A stretch of 64,000 nucleotides of DNA from Eledone cirrhosa (taxonomy: Eukaryota). The notes under the pieces were generated by a model. The model was not told the DNA's origin and searched no databases. It saw nothing but the letters and a program-made list of their open reading frames with translations. How positions within the stretch are numbered: position 1 is the stretch's first letter; every line of letters starts with the position of its first letter. This document shows positions 1 to 14,173 of this stretch, piece after piece. The stretch is from contig OZ024741.1 of NCBI GenBank assembly GCA_964016885.1, forward strand, positions 323,702,001-323,766,000. Reading direction: 5' to 3'. A program made the translations under genes and the position numbers.

Positions 1-1260
1 CTTCTCCTAAGCCCCGCCTGACTGCGCTGGAGCGTTTGCTCTTTCGCTTTTTGTGGAAGGGACGCGTTCCGATGGTCAGGCGGTCCATCTGCTGTCAACA
101 CCCGCTACGTGGAGGGCTGGGCATGCCGTGGCTGATGATGCGCAGACACGCGCTCAGGCTACGACATCTCCACCTCTTCCTCGACGGTGATCAGGTGTGG
201 TCGCCGTTTGCTAGACACGTCTTTCCCCAGCTCGTCCCCTTGACGGAGCTGCAGTCCTGGGTCAAGCGAAGACCGAGAGGGAGCGCTTGGTGACTGGAAT
301 GTCTTCAGGCGCTCACAGCCCTCGACCAATCGGGCAATGTGATCGGTGGAAACTGCACCTTGGCGTTCTATAGAGGATTAGTGGAGGGGAAGAGCGACGA
401 CGCACTTGGAGAAACTCTAGGCGTCGACGAAAATCAACTAGCCAATCTCTTCGGACGGACTTTCGGGCCGGGGCCTATGGACAACTTCCAGAAATCCCTG
501 GCCTGGCAGTGCTACCGGGGAGCTTTGCCAGTTCGGGATAAACTCTACAGGCTTGGAGGTGCCGTCAGCCGGGCATGTCCGAGATGCGCGCAGGGCGACG
601 AAACCGTCCTGCACGCACTCGTCCAGTGTCCTAGCATTGCTGACTTGTGGGTTTATGTCGAACACCTGCTGTCACGTGTAGGACGGATCCGGCTATCAGC
701 TGAGTCCATCGTGAGGATTGCCCCGCCCTCTTCCTTTAGCCGGGAAGGGCAGGCAGTTTTTATCTGTCTGGTGGCCATGGCGAAGGAGATAGTATGGTGG
801 ACACGTTTGAAAGGGCTGAAGACGAGCACTTACCTCTTCGGTGATGCCCTGATTAACTTTTTCAAATTATATTTGAAAAGGAAAATCAGGGTAGAGATGG
901 AAGTGCTCTCTTCCCAGCATTTTGTTGAAAGATGGGTGAGAGAAGCAAGTATGGCCGGAGTGAATGGGTCTTCTTTGAGTATGTGTCTGTAAATTAAAGG
1001 TGGAAAACTGGGAGAGGGCTCTTGCCCTGGTGGTCAGGGTCACTGTGGTCTTTTAATGGGCTTTCTCCACAAATGTCCCTCGGAAATCCCCCCCCCCCCC
1101 TATTGGGGAATCTTTCTTTGTTATTTTATTACATCCTCTGTTTTTTTTACACGCAGAAATGCCCATTTGTACCGTCCTGTATTGTCCTGTACTGTTCTTA
1201 ATGTCTACTTTATGTAAACCCTTGTGGTTAATAAAGAAAACATTATTAATAAAGAAAGCA
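1..1260 (+). mobile_element. 3' part of Tx1/L1-like non-LTR retrotransposon: ORF2 C-terminus with zinc-binding region, plus 3' UTR ending in (TTA)n/(TA)n
   Basis: ORFs 36-293 and 339-992 are in the same frame, separated by one stop. They contain FLWKG..GGLG and AWQCYRGALPV..CPRC..ETVLHALVQC (CCHC zf-RVT-like), typical of L1/Tx1 ORF2 ends. GC-rich relative to flanks. Confidence 0.85.
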
Positions 1261-1271
1261 TTATTATTATT

Positions 1272-1319
<48 letters not shown>

Positions 1320-1439
1320 AAAGGTAAACAAATAACATGTATCTGCTTCATAGTTCTGTCTGTTCGATTAGATTAAGGTTACGAATAACTCTTCTGTTAC
1401 TTCTGGAAAGTTTTTTTTTCCAAGGTGCAAGCCTTGATA

Positions 1440-1665
1440 GGGTATTTTGTGGAAGACCCACTGTCAGCTATGCAGACTTGTTTGACTTATACACCACGCC
1501 GACACAGCACGGCATCAGCGATGACATAACTCCTTTTCCCAGCTGAGTGAGCTGGAACAACTTCTCATTCTCAAAGGCAAAACGCGCCACAGTGCTATGA
1601 ATCCCGCTCGCGACTCTATCATCGTAAGCCTAGCACCGTAACCAGTAAACCACGCGCTTTCATTA
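1440..1665 (-). mobile_element. Degenerate SINE (family B)
   Basis: Contains CAGCTGAGTGAGCTGGAACAA...CAAAGGCAAAACGCG...CTATCATCGTAAGCC...AACCACGCGC, similar to copies at 44775 and 63650. Confidence 0.5.
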
Positions 1666-2324
1666 CGACTATATAAAAACGACACACTCTCTCTCATAAC
1701 AAAGAATCTGCTATTACTTTAAAATTACATTTCCTACCATACTGTCATTAGGAGAATTCCAAGTAGGCGGAGAAATTTAATGGTTTCAGGCTTCACTGGA
1801 ACAATCGAATATCACTCAACTTTAATAAACAAAAATTAAAAATAATATAGTCATCAATTTAGATGTATGAAGTCATTCTTTACTTTCACAGAGTTCTTGT
1901 ATCTCTTGCCAATTTTGTAATATTGTAATTGTGACGTACGCGGCTCCCACTCTTTTTCCTCTGTGGAGTTGTTCACTAATTTTACCGCGACCATTATCCT
2001 CGCTATCATGTGATACTGTTGTCTCCTTCTTACGAATCGGTGCTGCCACATCGTCTAGACGTAGTTATTACTTTTAGATACACTTTTCTTCACTATGCGT
2101 CACTTACTCTGTTTGTTTCCAATATACAGCTAGGAAGTAAAAGAAGAAAATTATTTGTCCCCAACCTGTCAAAATAAGCAGAAGTCTTCAATAATTAATG
2201 CAAACGAATATTTAGTGCAATCTTTGTACACATAAAACTATGCTGATAATGAAGGAACATTTTGTTTTAACTGATTTCTTCATTGTAATAATAGTTTTTT
2301 TAAATAAATTCACAATATCCTGGA

Positions 2325-3135
<811 letters not shown>

Positions 3136-3259
3136 TGTGATAATATTTTCGAATCAGCGAGCAAGTTTGAAATTATTATAAATGTAGGCTATCGCCGTAT
3201 TTTGACTAAAGAAATTAAATAATTTCTTTAATTTTTTTAGTCAAAATACGGCGATAGCC

Positions 3260-4243
<984 letters not shown>

Positions 4244-4493
4244 GATTTTGAGTATATGTTGGTTGTATACCATATCATATGACTCCAGTTCCTCAGTGAA
4301 ATAACAACCCAACCAGGAACTGGGCATATCAGAGTATTGACAATATTATACACCTCAACAAGATATGTACTTGTCTATACCATACTAATTCGGACTGCCT
4401 GAAGAGGTCACAGCCAAAGATGGCTGTCACTGAAATATATATAGTAGTAATAAACGAAGGTAAATTTTAAACATTTGACCTTTTATTTAACTT

Positions 4494-4500
<7 letters not shown>
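4244..4500 (+). mobile_element. Short hammerhead-bearing element (PLE pLTR-like) between (TA)n tracts
   Basis: High identity to 52236-52650 (opposite strand). Contains the ribozyme motif at 4394-4448. Confidence 0.75.
4394..4448 (+). ncRNA. Type I minimal hammerhead ribozyme
   Basis: ACTGC-CTGAAGA-GGTCACAGCCA AAGA TGGCTGTCACT-GAAA-TATATA-TA-GTAGT. The copy at 52286-52340 has a perfect stem I (ACTGC/GCAGT). Confidence 0.8.
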
Positions 4501-4538
<38 letters not shown>

Positions 4539-4543
4539 TATAT

Positions 4544-4614
<71 letters not shown>

Positions 4615-4628
4615 TGTGTGTGTAAAAC

Positions 4629-4790
4629 TTAATATAGAAATGGCTTCTACGGGACTAGAGCTGTTTCGTTCGAATGAAACAGTTCTAAACCCGTAGAAGC
4701 CATTTCTATATTAAATATTGTATATACTGTACTATGTATTGAGTACCTTAGTTACTGTGGTTATCCCCGATTGAACCCGACACATAGACA
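4629..4790 (+). mobile_element. Fold-back short element (pLTR-like fragment)
   Basis: Inverted arms TTAATATAGAAATGGCTTCTACGGG..GTTTC / GAAACAG..CCCGTAGAAGCCATTTCTATATTAA, then tail GTATTGAGTACC. Related pieces at 27944-28105 and 50190-50342. Confidence 0.6.
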
Positions 4791-4976
4791 GACAGACCCA
4801 CACACACTATATATATATATGTATATATATGTATATATATGTATATATATATATATATATACACACCACCAATGATAGTTTTCGGGTGGAATCGGCCCGT
4901 ATGATATTAATATGTTTTGTGATTTACTTTAAACGGAATTCAGGTTCCCTGATATCTAAATACCAATTTCCAATTT

Positions 4977-4978
<2 letters not shown>

Positions 4979-5031
<53 letters not shown>

Positions 5032-5102
5032 CTTCTTCTTCTTCTTCTTCTTCTTCTTCTTCTTCTTCTTCTTCTTCTTCTTCTTCTTCTTCTTCTTCTT
5101 CT

Positions 5103-5137
<35 letters not shown>

Positions 5138-5143
5138 TTCTTC
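4979..5143. repeat. Compound (TTG)n(TTC)n microsatellite
   Basis: Seen directly. Confidence 0.95.
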
Positions 5144-5279
5144 AAAAGTGTCCTGATATAAAACTCATCAACAGTCTTCTCATTGACGCAAATCTTTGTG
5201 GCCAGCATCTACCCCCCCCCCCCCCCACCACCACCAACAGTGGCACCACCACCACCACCACCACCTCCATCATCATCAT

Positions 5280-5470
5280 CATTGGCAAAGTATTGCACAA
5301 AATTCTTTGCCAATAGTTAGTCCTGAATTCAAATCTCGTTGAGATTAACTTTGCAATTCCTCCATACGGGGGTCGATAAAATAAAGTATCAGTAATGCGC
5401 TGGAGTTGATTTAATCGACTTTTCCTATTCTCTTCAAATTGCTGGCCTTGGGCCAAATGTAGAATCTATT
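5280..5470 (+). mobile_element. tRNA-derived SINE (family A)
   Basis: B-box-like GAATTCAAATC, conserved core TACGGGGGTCGATAAAATAAAGTA..CAGTAATG, and (TTA)n tail. More than 15 copies in the window. Confidence 0.75.
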
Positions 5471-6074
5471 ATTATTATTAGCAATAGCAGCAACAACAAC
5501 AACAACAATTATATTGCAGTAATGCAGATATTTCTATTTTGGATTGTGTTTCATTCAGCCAGCGCTGAATATAAGATATATTAAATTTGTCTGCACAACT
5601 TCCTCTGAACTGTGCAGATAATCCACAGATGGTTTAATAAAAAATACCAAACACACACATACACAAAAACCCTAACAAAAACTATTATTTTTTTTTCTTA
5701 CATTCTGTCAAGAATACGGAGAAAAGCCACTGCCAATGAGAGGTGACAACATTCAACATCATAATCGTAACGAAAAATGACGGCTTTGAATATCAACCAC
5801 TCCAGTGAATCCAAAACGACGCAGCTACTGTCTTATTGATTTTCGTTTCAAATATTCTCATAAAAGCATAATTCGGGCGGATTGATGGAAGTTGTATCAG
5901 TAGTATGTAGTATATAATGCTTAGTGGGGAAATTTTGTCTAAACTTATCGGGTCATACTGACCAGCAAATCTCTAGCGACCAGTTGACAGATTTCATTGT
6001 ATATTTAATAAACTTTGGATTTCATCGGATCTGGAGGATTGCTACTTTATAATACTACAGGGAGCATTGTACGC

Positions 6075-6375
6075 CTTATAGTGATTACGTTATTAGACTT
6101 ACGTTGGTATGTTCGACTCCCAGCGGGGCGTAGTGTCCTTGAGCATGTGACTTTATTTCCCCTTGCTCCAGCACACTCGGTTGGCAAAAATGAGCTGTAT
6201 TTGCAATTCAAATGGTTAGCCTTGTCCCAGACCGTATCATGCTAAATCTCCATGAGAATTACGTTAGGAGTATACATGTCTCTGGAATGCTCAGTCACTT
6301 CCAGATTAATGTATAGAGCAAGATATTCTCTTGATCAAACAACTGAAACACACATGGGTGGATCCGCCAGCGGTC
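6075..6375 (+). mobile_element. tRNA-derived SINE (family B)
   Basis: B-box GTTCGACTCC, then TCCTTGAGCA..ACTTTATTTC..GAGAATTACGTTA..GGAATGCTCAG, shared with copies at 7955, 39545, 44775 and 63650. Confidence 0.6.
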
Positions 6376-6427
6376 CAACAATATACATACCCATAGACAC
6401 ACCCTTACACACACACACACACACACA

Positions 6428-6582
<155 letters not shown>

Positions 6583-6589
6583 TGTTATG

Positions 6590-6935
6590 CTTTGGGAGGG
6601 TCACGTTGCCAGTAAGAAACACACGCACCAGTTGCTTTCACTTCAATTTATTATAAATTAAATTTATAAATTTAGGAATTTATAAATTTCCGGTTGGTTG
6701 GTTGGTTCCACAACCAGACGATTGTTCATATATTGTTAAAGTTCTTTCGTAACACATTCTGTGACCTCTTCAGTGACTGGGGATTCTTTGACAATATATG
6801 AACAATCGTCTGGTTGTGGAACCAACCAACCAACCGGAAATTTATAAATTCCTAAATGTTTTTCACTTTTTTTCATGGCTCTCCCCATTTGGGTTTTTAG
6901 AGGTTGGCAGGTCTGCTAAGGCCCAGCAATGACCG
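6590..6935 (-). mobile_element. Inverted-repeat short element with a hammerhead motif in the spacer
   Basis: Inverted arms of ~70 bp (6670-6741 / 6787-6857). The minus strand at 6735-6777 reads GTCA-CTGAAGA-GGTCACAGAATGTGTTAC-GAAA-GAAC-TT-TAAC. Confidence 0.65.
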
Positions 6936-7590
6936 TGTCTGTCTATGTATGTATATGTGTGTGTGAGTGCGTGCATGTGCGAGCGTATGCATACTCTTTT
7001 AAATTTTTTTACTTATTTCAATCATTAGACATCAACTGTGCTATAGCTCCAATGTGAAGGAATTCAGTCGATCATGTCGATCCCAGTTCTTTTTTTCAAT
7101 TTTGGTGCTATTTTAGCCATCGTATGTATATGCACATATATATATGTATATAAAATGATAAAAGTTGAAGATGCACCTAATTTCCCTGAGACCTACGTTA
7201 GGTGTCACGAGTCTGTGGAAATGGTCAGTAATTTCATGAGTAATTTTCTGAGCCAGGTATCCCGTTGATTATACAACTGTAACACTGACCGTCGTTGGTA
7301 CTGACGGGGGTACAACACGCACACAATAACATAGGTATGTAAGAGCATAACATAGATATGTAAGAGCAAAGATAGAAAACATTGTAAAACCATATATCAA
7401 CTGACTAATAACCGGTCTAGTGAAGTCCTATCATCTCACGGTATTATTGATTCTCTAACGTTCACTTCAAACCAAAGTATGAAATATTTCACTATTAGTC
7501 CTGTCTCGGTGTCCCGCTGTTGCATGTGTTCTGTTCTGTTGAAATATCATACACACACACATGTGTATAAACAGTCCATTACACACAACA

Positions 7591-7678
<88 letters not shown>

Positions 7679-7954
7679 CAAATATACGCAAAAACACGTA
7701 CACATACTTACACACATACACACACACTCATATACTGTAGAGTGGATATATATATATATTCTAAATTTCACCCATAAAGCATTGGTCAACCCAATGCTAT
7801 AGTAGATAGAAGAGACTTGCCTTAGGTGGCATGCAGTATGAAGGGAACCTCTTAACCACATAACGATGTCTGCTTATCTTTTTATCTGTTGAATTGAATG
7901 TTTCTTCTAGTCGGTGATAGATGTTTGTCGATATCTTGTCCCTTAATATAATTG

Positions 7955-8285
7955 GGGATGACGGTATCTGGCTTAGTGGTTAGGCTGTTCGGCTTATGAT
8001 CGTAAGGCCGCGAATTCGATTCACGGACCGTGACATTTATTTCAGTTTATTTCAGTTTATTTCACGCTGTTTTAGGCCTCTCGGCTGGCAAAGATATGTT
8101 GCATTTGTAATTCAATAGACAATGCCTTGTCATGTACTGTGCCACGCTGAATCTCCCTGATAACAACATTAAAGTGAAACATGGCTAGGGAATGCTCAGA
8201 CACTTAACGTTAATTTTACGAGCAGGCTGTTCTGTTGCTCGAATCAACTGGAACACTCGTAGTCAGAATTGAAGAAAGTCCAACA
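7955..8285 (+). mobile_element. tRNA-derived SINE (family B)
   Basis: A-box TGGCTTAGTGG, B-box GAATTCGATTC, and family B core. Confidence 0.7.
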
Positions 8286-8544
8286 CCATCTGTTGCTACA
8301 ACTACAGATGCTATCTGCCGCGATAATCCCCCCGTCCCACAACCGTTTTCTGAACTTGGGTGTTTATGAACACAACAAGTCTTTCAAGGCTGTTTTTAAT
8401 AGGAAATTCAAAACATAAATAACTGAATAAAACTATGCGTTTACACATATAAAGCGCTGCTCCTGACTTCCAGATTTATCACACATATTTATGAACACAC
8501 ACACATTCACACACACACACGCACACAGACACACACACATACAC

Positions 8545-8577
<33 letters not shown>

Positions 8578-8630
8578 TATCCGTGTGTGTATATAGGTAT
8601 ATATATAATAATACATACACATGTATGTCT

Positions 8631-8662
<32 letters not shown>

Positions 8663-9404
8663 GTTTGTATGTGTGTGTGTATATATATATACACACATAC
8701 GTATACGCACATATATATGTACGCATATACACACACATATGTGTGTGTTCATGAATTCGAATTTTTACTTTTTAATTTTTAATCTGCCTAATCTATTTTA
8801 TTTCATGATTCTAATCTGTTTCATTGAATAGCAATAAATATCCTTTTGATCTTTAAATTTGCATTGATATGGTTTCTATTTGAAACTCAAATGCTTATAT
8901 TCACGTATATGCTTCAATTATATATTTTCCACACAATCATGAAAAAATATCCACCGTTCACACCTTCCGCACAAGTGATGAGAAAATATATATAACAATA
9001 GCGAGTTACTCCGATACTACGATACAAAATTTAATTCCAGCAAAACTGACAACATTTGCACGAATGGCTGTATGTTCAATGTGTTCGCCTCACAACCTCA
9101 TTGTTTCAGGTTCAATTCCACTGAGAGTAATTTGATAGGATGTTTAGACTGTACGTGTATTTGATAGTGTCAGCCATATCAAGTATTGTGTCTCATTGGG
9201 AATTCTATTTTGGGCATCTGTTCGGTTCCTTAGCAAATGTTACATTTTCTTTCTACTACTTTACCACACATTTCAAGGAGTGGAAGTGGGGTTGGAGAGG
9301 CTTTACATTGTTGCTGGTGTCAACGACAGGGTGGCGGCTACCCGCTTATACCCGGTGTATAATGGCAGAACGTAAATGCGTAATTGCCCGGGCATATTGA
9401 TGGT

Positions 9405-9560
9405 CAGATACTTGAGTAGATGTCTGGGTAGATGTTTGTGTATGTCTCTGGGTAGATGTCTGGGTAGGTGCGTGGGTAGGTGGTTGGATAGATGGTAGGG
9501 TATGTGTCTGTGAAAGTTTCTGGGCTGGAGGTTGTGTAAGTGTCTGGGTAGGTGAGTAAT
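9405..9560. repeat. Degenerate (GTCTGGGTAGAT)n minisatellite
   Basis: Repeated GTCTGGGTAG units. Confidence 0.6.
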
Positions 9561-10739
9561 CGGATTACGTTTCCATTGTTTGTGAGTTCAAATATGTTCC
9601 AGGGTGCCTCATTATATTAAATAATTGAGAATGCCACCCGTTAACATAATCAGTACAGGTGATACAAAAGGCTTAACAGACACACATATTTAGGCATGTT
9701 AAGGTTAATATAAACTATATGGTGAGACGTTGATTAGGAGACAGCAATATTTTGGTATGTTAATATTAAAATGTTTTATGGCACAGTAATGAATGAATAT
9801 TGGGTGAAATTAATTAACTATTCTGTTACCATATTTCTAATGAAAGACACTACCTAGAATTTTAAAATCATTTTGAAAACAATCAAACTTTTTTTTTGGG
9901 GGGGGGGATTTAGTAAAATGACTAGCCTATTATTGAGCTGGTATTTTTTATGTATGAAAGGTCACCGTGTAACAAGGCTTTAAAGCCACTGAAGGTCATG
10001 GGTTACATGACACCGAGAAAAGGATGAGGGGAAATGCAAGAATGATTGTTATAAGCGCAAAAATGATGAATGAACTGGCAGTTTGGATGAAATTATGACA
10101 CAGAGTGGTACTTATTGATCCTTTTCTTAAAACATTCAATGTTGTAGCCGCAAGGAAAGCAATCCCAGTGTCTGTTCAGCATGCCACTCAGTGAACTGAT
10201 TATGTGCTCATTCAACCTGGACACCTAGCGTCTCTCAGTTCGAAGATCGGCTTGCGTGATGAAGAGCCACACCATCCATTATGAGCTTCAGATACAACTA
10301 TCATAGTATATAGTCTAGCAGAACAGGTCGGATATAAAAGAGTAAGCCTTGATAAAAATCCTGCTTGTTTCATAGTAAGCAGTAGCTCATTCGGCGACCA
10401 TCAGTTTAATTAGATGACCTCAGCATCAGGAACAGCAGTAAATACAACTGCTCCAGGTAGCGGACAAATCTATGCGTATGCAGATGTGGCGAGTCGCATA
10501 TATTCTAGCCATTAGAAAAAGCAAAATGATGCTTCACACTCGATGGAGGGATGACTCAAGAAGAAGAAGAAGAAGAAGGAGGAGAAGAAGGAGGTCAATA
10601 GTTATTTTGTTAATGGTTATCTCGTTTCAACACAAATATATCTTCTTATATTTCCTTTACTCTCTTCCCCGCTCTCCCCATATGGCGTATTTATTTTTTA
10701 TTTACGCACAATGCCAGAAATTAGAGGAAAAGGTTAGTC

Positions 10740-10855
10740 TGTTAAATTAACACCAGTTTTTAACTGGTACATTATTTATCGACCCCAGAAGGATGAAAGA
10801 CAAAGTTGACCTAAGCAAGTTATAAACTCAGAACGTAAAGGACCAGAGTCAATAA
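10740..10855 (-). mobile_element. SINE family A fragment
   Basis: TATCGACCCCAGAAGGATGAAAGACAAAGTTGACCT core. Confidence 0.7.
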
Positions 10856-10899
10856 TAATAGTTTCATTTATTTGATACTGGGTCCAAGAAGAAAAAGAA

Positions 10900-11045
10900 G
10901 AATGATTTCTTTATTTACCAAAAGTATAACATTAAGGACAACGCAGGACGGTACAAATGGGCATTTCTGCGTATGAAGAAAAAAACAATAACAAAGGAAA
11001 TAACAAAAAAAAAGAGATGAAAAAAATTAAAAAAATTGTTCTGCT
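10900..11045 (-). mobile_element. 3' UTR fragment of the Tx1-like LINE at 1-1260
   Basis: GGACGGTACAAATGGGCATTTCTGCGT is the exact reverse complement of 1151-1177. Confidence 0.7.
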
Positions 11046-11192
11046 AAATTATTCATGTGTTGAAACTGATATTGTTATATTTGAGGATGGTCATTTTGCC
11101 AATTTTGCCAATAGAAAAAAAAAGGAACTATATAACTATTACTTCAGCTTTATTATTATTAGAGGAATCTGTCCCAGGACCCACCCTGGACT

Positions 11193-11292
11193 AGAAGAAG
11201 AAGAAGAAGAAGAAGAAGAAGAAGAAGAAGAAGAAGAAGAAGAAGAAGAAGAAGAAGAAGAAGAAGAAGAAGAAGAAGAAGAAGAAGAAGAA
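11193..11292. repeat. (GAA)n microsatellite
   Basis: Seen directly. Confidence 0.95.
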
Positions 11293-11609
11293 TGCTAATA
11301 TGTTTATTGTATGACACAAGAATAAATAAATATATGGTGAAATGAATTGACCACTTAGTTACCATATTTCTAATGAAAAACACTGCCTAGAATTTTCAAA
11401 TTTTGAAAATATAAATAATTTGGTCGGATTTAGTAAAATGACTATCTTATTATTAAGCTGTATTTGGAATATAACAAAGGTTCTTAGATAACATTTATAA
11501 CGGAAGAGTTTAAGATAAACAGTTTAGTATCGCAAAACCAGAGGTTCTTTCAGGTGGTTCAGTGATCACAAATGTTAACAGACATACTTGTATCTATTTA
11601 GGTAAATTA

Positions 11610-11790
11610 ATTGTTTCTATTTTAGGCACAAGGCCAGCAATTACCCAGTACATTACTGGTACTTTGGTACTTTATTTTATCGACCCTGTAAGGATGAAAG
11701 GCAAAGTTAACCTCGGCGGTATTTGAATTCAGATCATAAAGGGACGTAACTCTATGCTTCAAAACATGGTGTCCGACTCTCTACCGATAC
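11610..11790 (-). mobile_element. SINE family A
   Basis: AGGCACAAGGCCAGCAATTACCCAGTACATTACTGG..TATCGACCC..AAGGATGAAAGGCAAAGTTAACCTCGGCGG. Confidence 0.8.
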
Positions 11791-11834
11791 TAGGTAAATT
11801 AATAAGATATTTAAGACGGTTCTGACACGCGCTT

Positions 11835-12010
11835 AGATACCCAGCCTTCTTCTCCTTGCTCCTTTCTCCAACAACGATCTGTCCGTTGGATGGGCCGCAT
11901 ACAACGAATGACAGACGAGAGGATTCAAAAGATCTGCAACTAAAGGAGCTAGCCTCCGGCATGAGAACACAAATGCCACTCCATTTCCGTTTCCGTTTCC
12001 CTTCAATGTA
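11835..12010 (+). mobile_element. Decayed RTE-clade LINE fragment (C-terminal region)
   Basis: Frameshifted translation [32 protein letters not shown] matches the RTE motif RRLRWLGHV.RM...RIPK.LLYGEL..G.R. Confidence 0.6.
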
Positions 12011-12055
12011 GTCACCACATGCCATTATAATAAAGTTCAGATATGAGCATACCGA

Positions 12056-12116
<61 letters not shown>

Positions 12117-12146
12117 CACATATATAGACATACCCACACATACATG

Positions 12147-12276
<130 letters not shown>

Positions 12277-12618
12277 CATATATATATAAATATATATATA
12301 TATGTGTAAATATGTGTATATGTGTAATCATATGTATATATACTCATATTCACACACGCATATATGTTTCCGTTAGAATGGACATTAGACAAAGCCTATA
12401 CAAGTTTGTGTAAATTGCAAATATATTAATATGGAAAATATGAGATATAAAAGAAACTGAACACAGCTGTTGCTACTTCTAAGCACGTGGTGAGATTCAA
12501 TCCAGATAAATAATTGGAAATATGATATGGAAAGTGCACAATAGATCTTTGTGTGGTATTGGCTACCTGAGATGGCCTTTCCTATTATAATATTTGCATA
12601 TTGACGCTGTAAACGTTA

Positions 12619-14027
12619 CTAGTTGGTCCGTCCGGCTGGCGCTCGGCTAGATATACCGGCATTTTATCTTTTCAGGAATCCCCCTACACTCCAGTGCAAA
12701 AGTACCGCACACCCTCTCAAGTCAGCAATGGGGGGGGGGGGGGTTAGTACTCTGATGTTGGGTTTGAATTGTTTTTAGGATTCCCCAGTTCAGCAGCCAG
12801 TACGTTAAAGAAAATTGATAGTTACAACAATAAAGGCTGAACAGAGAACACATTTTTTAAGAAACAATAATTTGTACAACCATAATGGAAATTCCAAGTA
12901 ACAGAAAATATTTAAATTACATTATTAGAGCCTCAGAGTATACAATATTTTTTTGTTCGGCCCTCCGGAGCAAAGATGAAGAGATTGTGGGCGAGCTAAC
13001 CCCCAGAGCATCCTACATACAATTGACCATGGGAGAATCACTAATTTCGTAGCTCGTCTCGCGGAGAAGCCCTGTAGACGTTGACCTCTGGACACTCCTG
13101 TCAGGAGCAGGTAAGCTGTAGTGACTTAGAGGCCTACCGCCAATCTCCAGGACACTGTTTTCAAGACAAATGAGCGCATCATTGAAAACGACATCGTATG
13201 TTACGTTTGGATTGTGTCTGCGTGTGCGGTGGAGGATGTCCTCAGCTAGACTTTCACGGTGGTTGTTCCACAATGCGAGAGGGCGGGCGAGATCGCAGTT
13301 ATGTAGCATAATAGCAAAACGTTTTCGCAGCTGAGAAGGGACTTTAGCAGTTGCTGCTTCTTGCAAGGTGAGGTGCCAATGGCTGTCATCGTTTAAACAT
13401 ACCACGCATTTGGCAAGCCAAACGGTAAGTGGAATATTGATGGCCATTGATGGTTCTCAGAACTTGGAAAGACTGTGGTCCTCTAACCTCGAACTGTAAC
13501 AATGACGATAAGCCGTCTGTGCTTTCGTGAAATAAATAGGTTTTTGTATTTGTGTATGCAAAAATATCTGTACACGAATATATACATTAAAATAACAGAT
13601 TAAAGTTTAAGCAAAGAATCGCCGCTTTCACCCTTAACGGGATCTTCTGAAACTAAAAATATCCGTCTGTGAACGCAGAAGTAAATATTTCGATAAACGT
13701 TATCTAATACAGACAGACATACAGAGACATATTATAAGGGCGCTACGTTATAGCTATGCAGACTAAGAAAAATAGGGGAATGTTGTGCGACGTCATAAGA
13801 AAAAGTGAGGAATGACGTATAACCGGAAGTATTGACATTTGAAATTTTAAAGAAGTGAATATTTAAATAGTGTCTTTAATCTTTTAACAAAATTCAGTAG
13901 ACAAAAATACCCTCACTTTTTTTACTTGGAAAAAGTTACATCTATGGTGCAAATTTGGTGCTGTTTGGTCCACCCGTTTGGCGGAAAGTCTGTTACCTAC
14001 ATACGGCCGTCAGCTTTATAGTATAGA
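12619..14027 (-). mobile_element. Internally deleted Helitron with both termini and RepHel remnants
   Basis: 5' A|TCTATACTATAAAGC at 14027. 3' GC-rich degenerate hairpin plus CTAG|T at 12619. Coding remnants WHLTLQEAA..PSQLRKRFAIML..C..PLALW..ESLAEDI are joined directly to the helicase C-terminus SHGQLYVGCS..KNIVYSEAL. Confidence 0.85.
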
Positions 14028-14083
14028 TAACACAACAGTTTATAGCAAAAACACTTCTTCCACACACACACACACATACACAC

Positions 14084-14166
<83 letters not shown>

Positions 14167-14173
<7 letters not shown>

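Noticed and set aside
10130-10530. Possible decayed RTE fragment
   Set aside because: Composition is suggestive, but no motif could be read with confidence.
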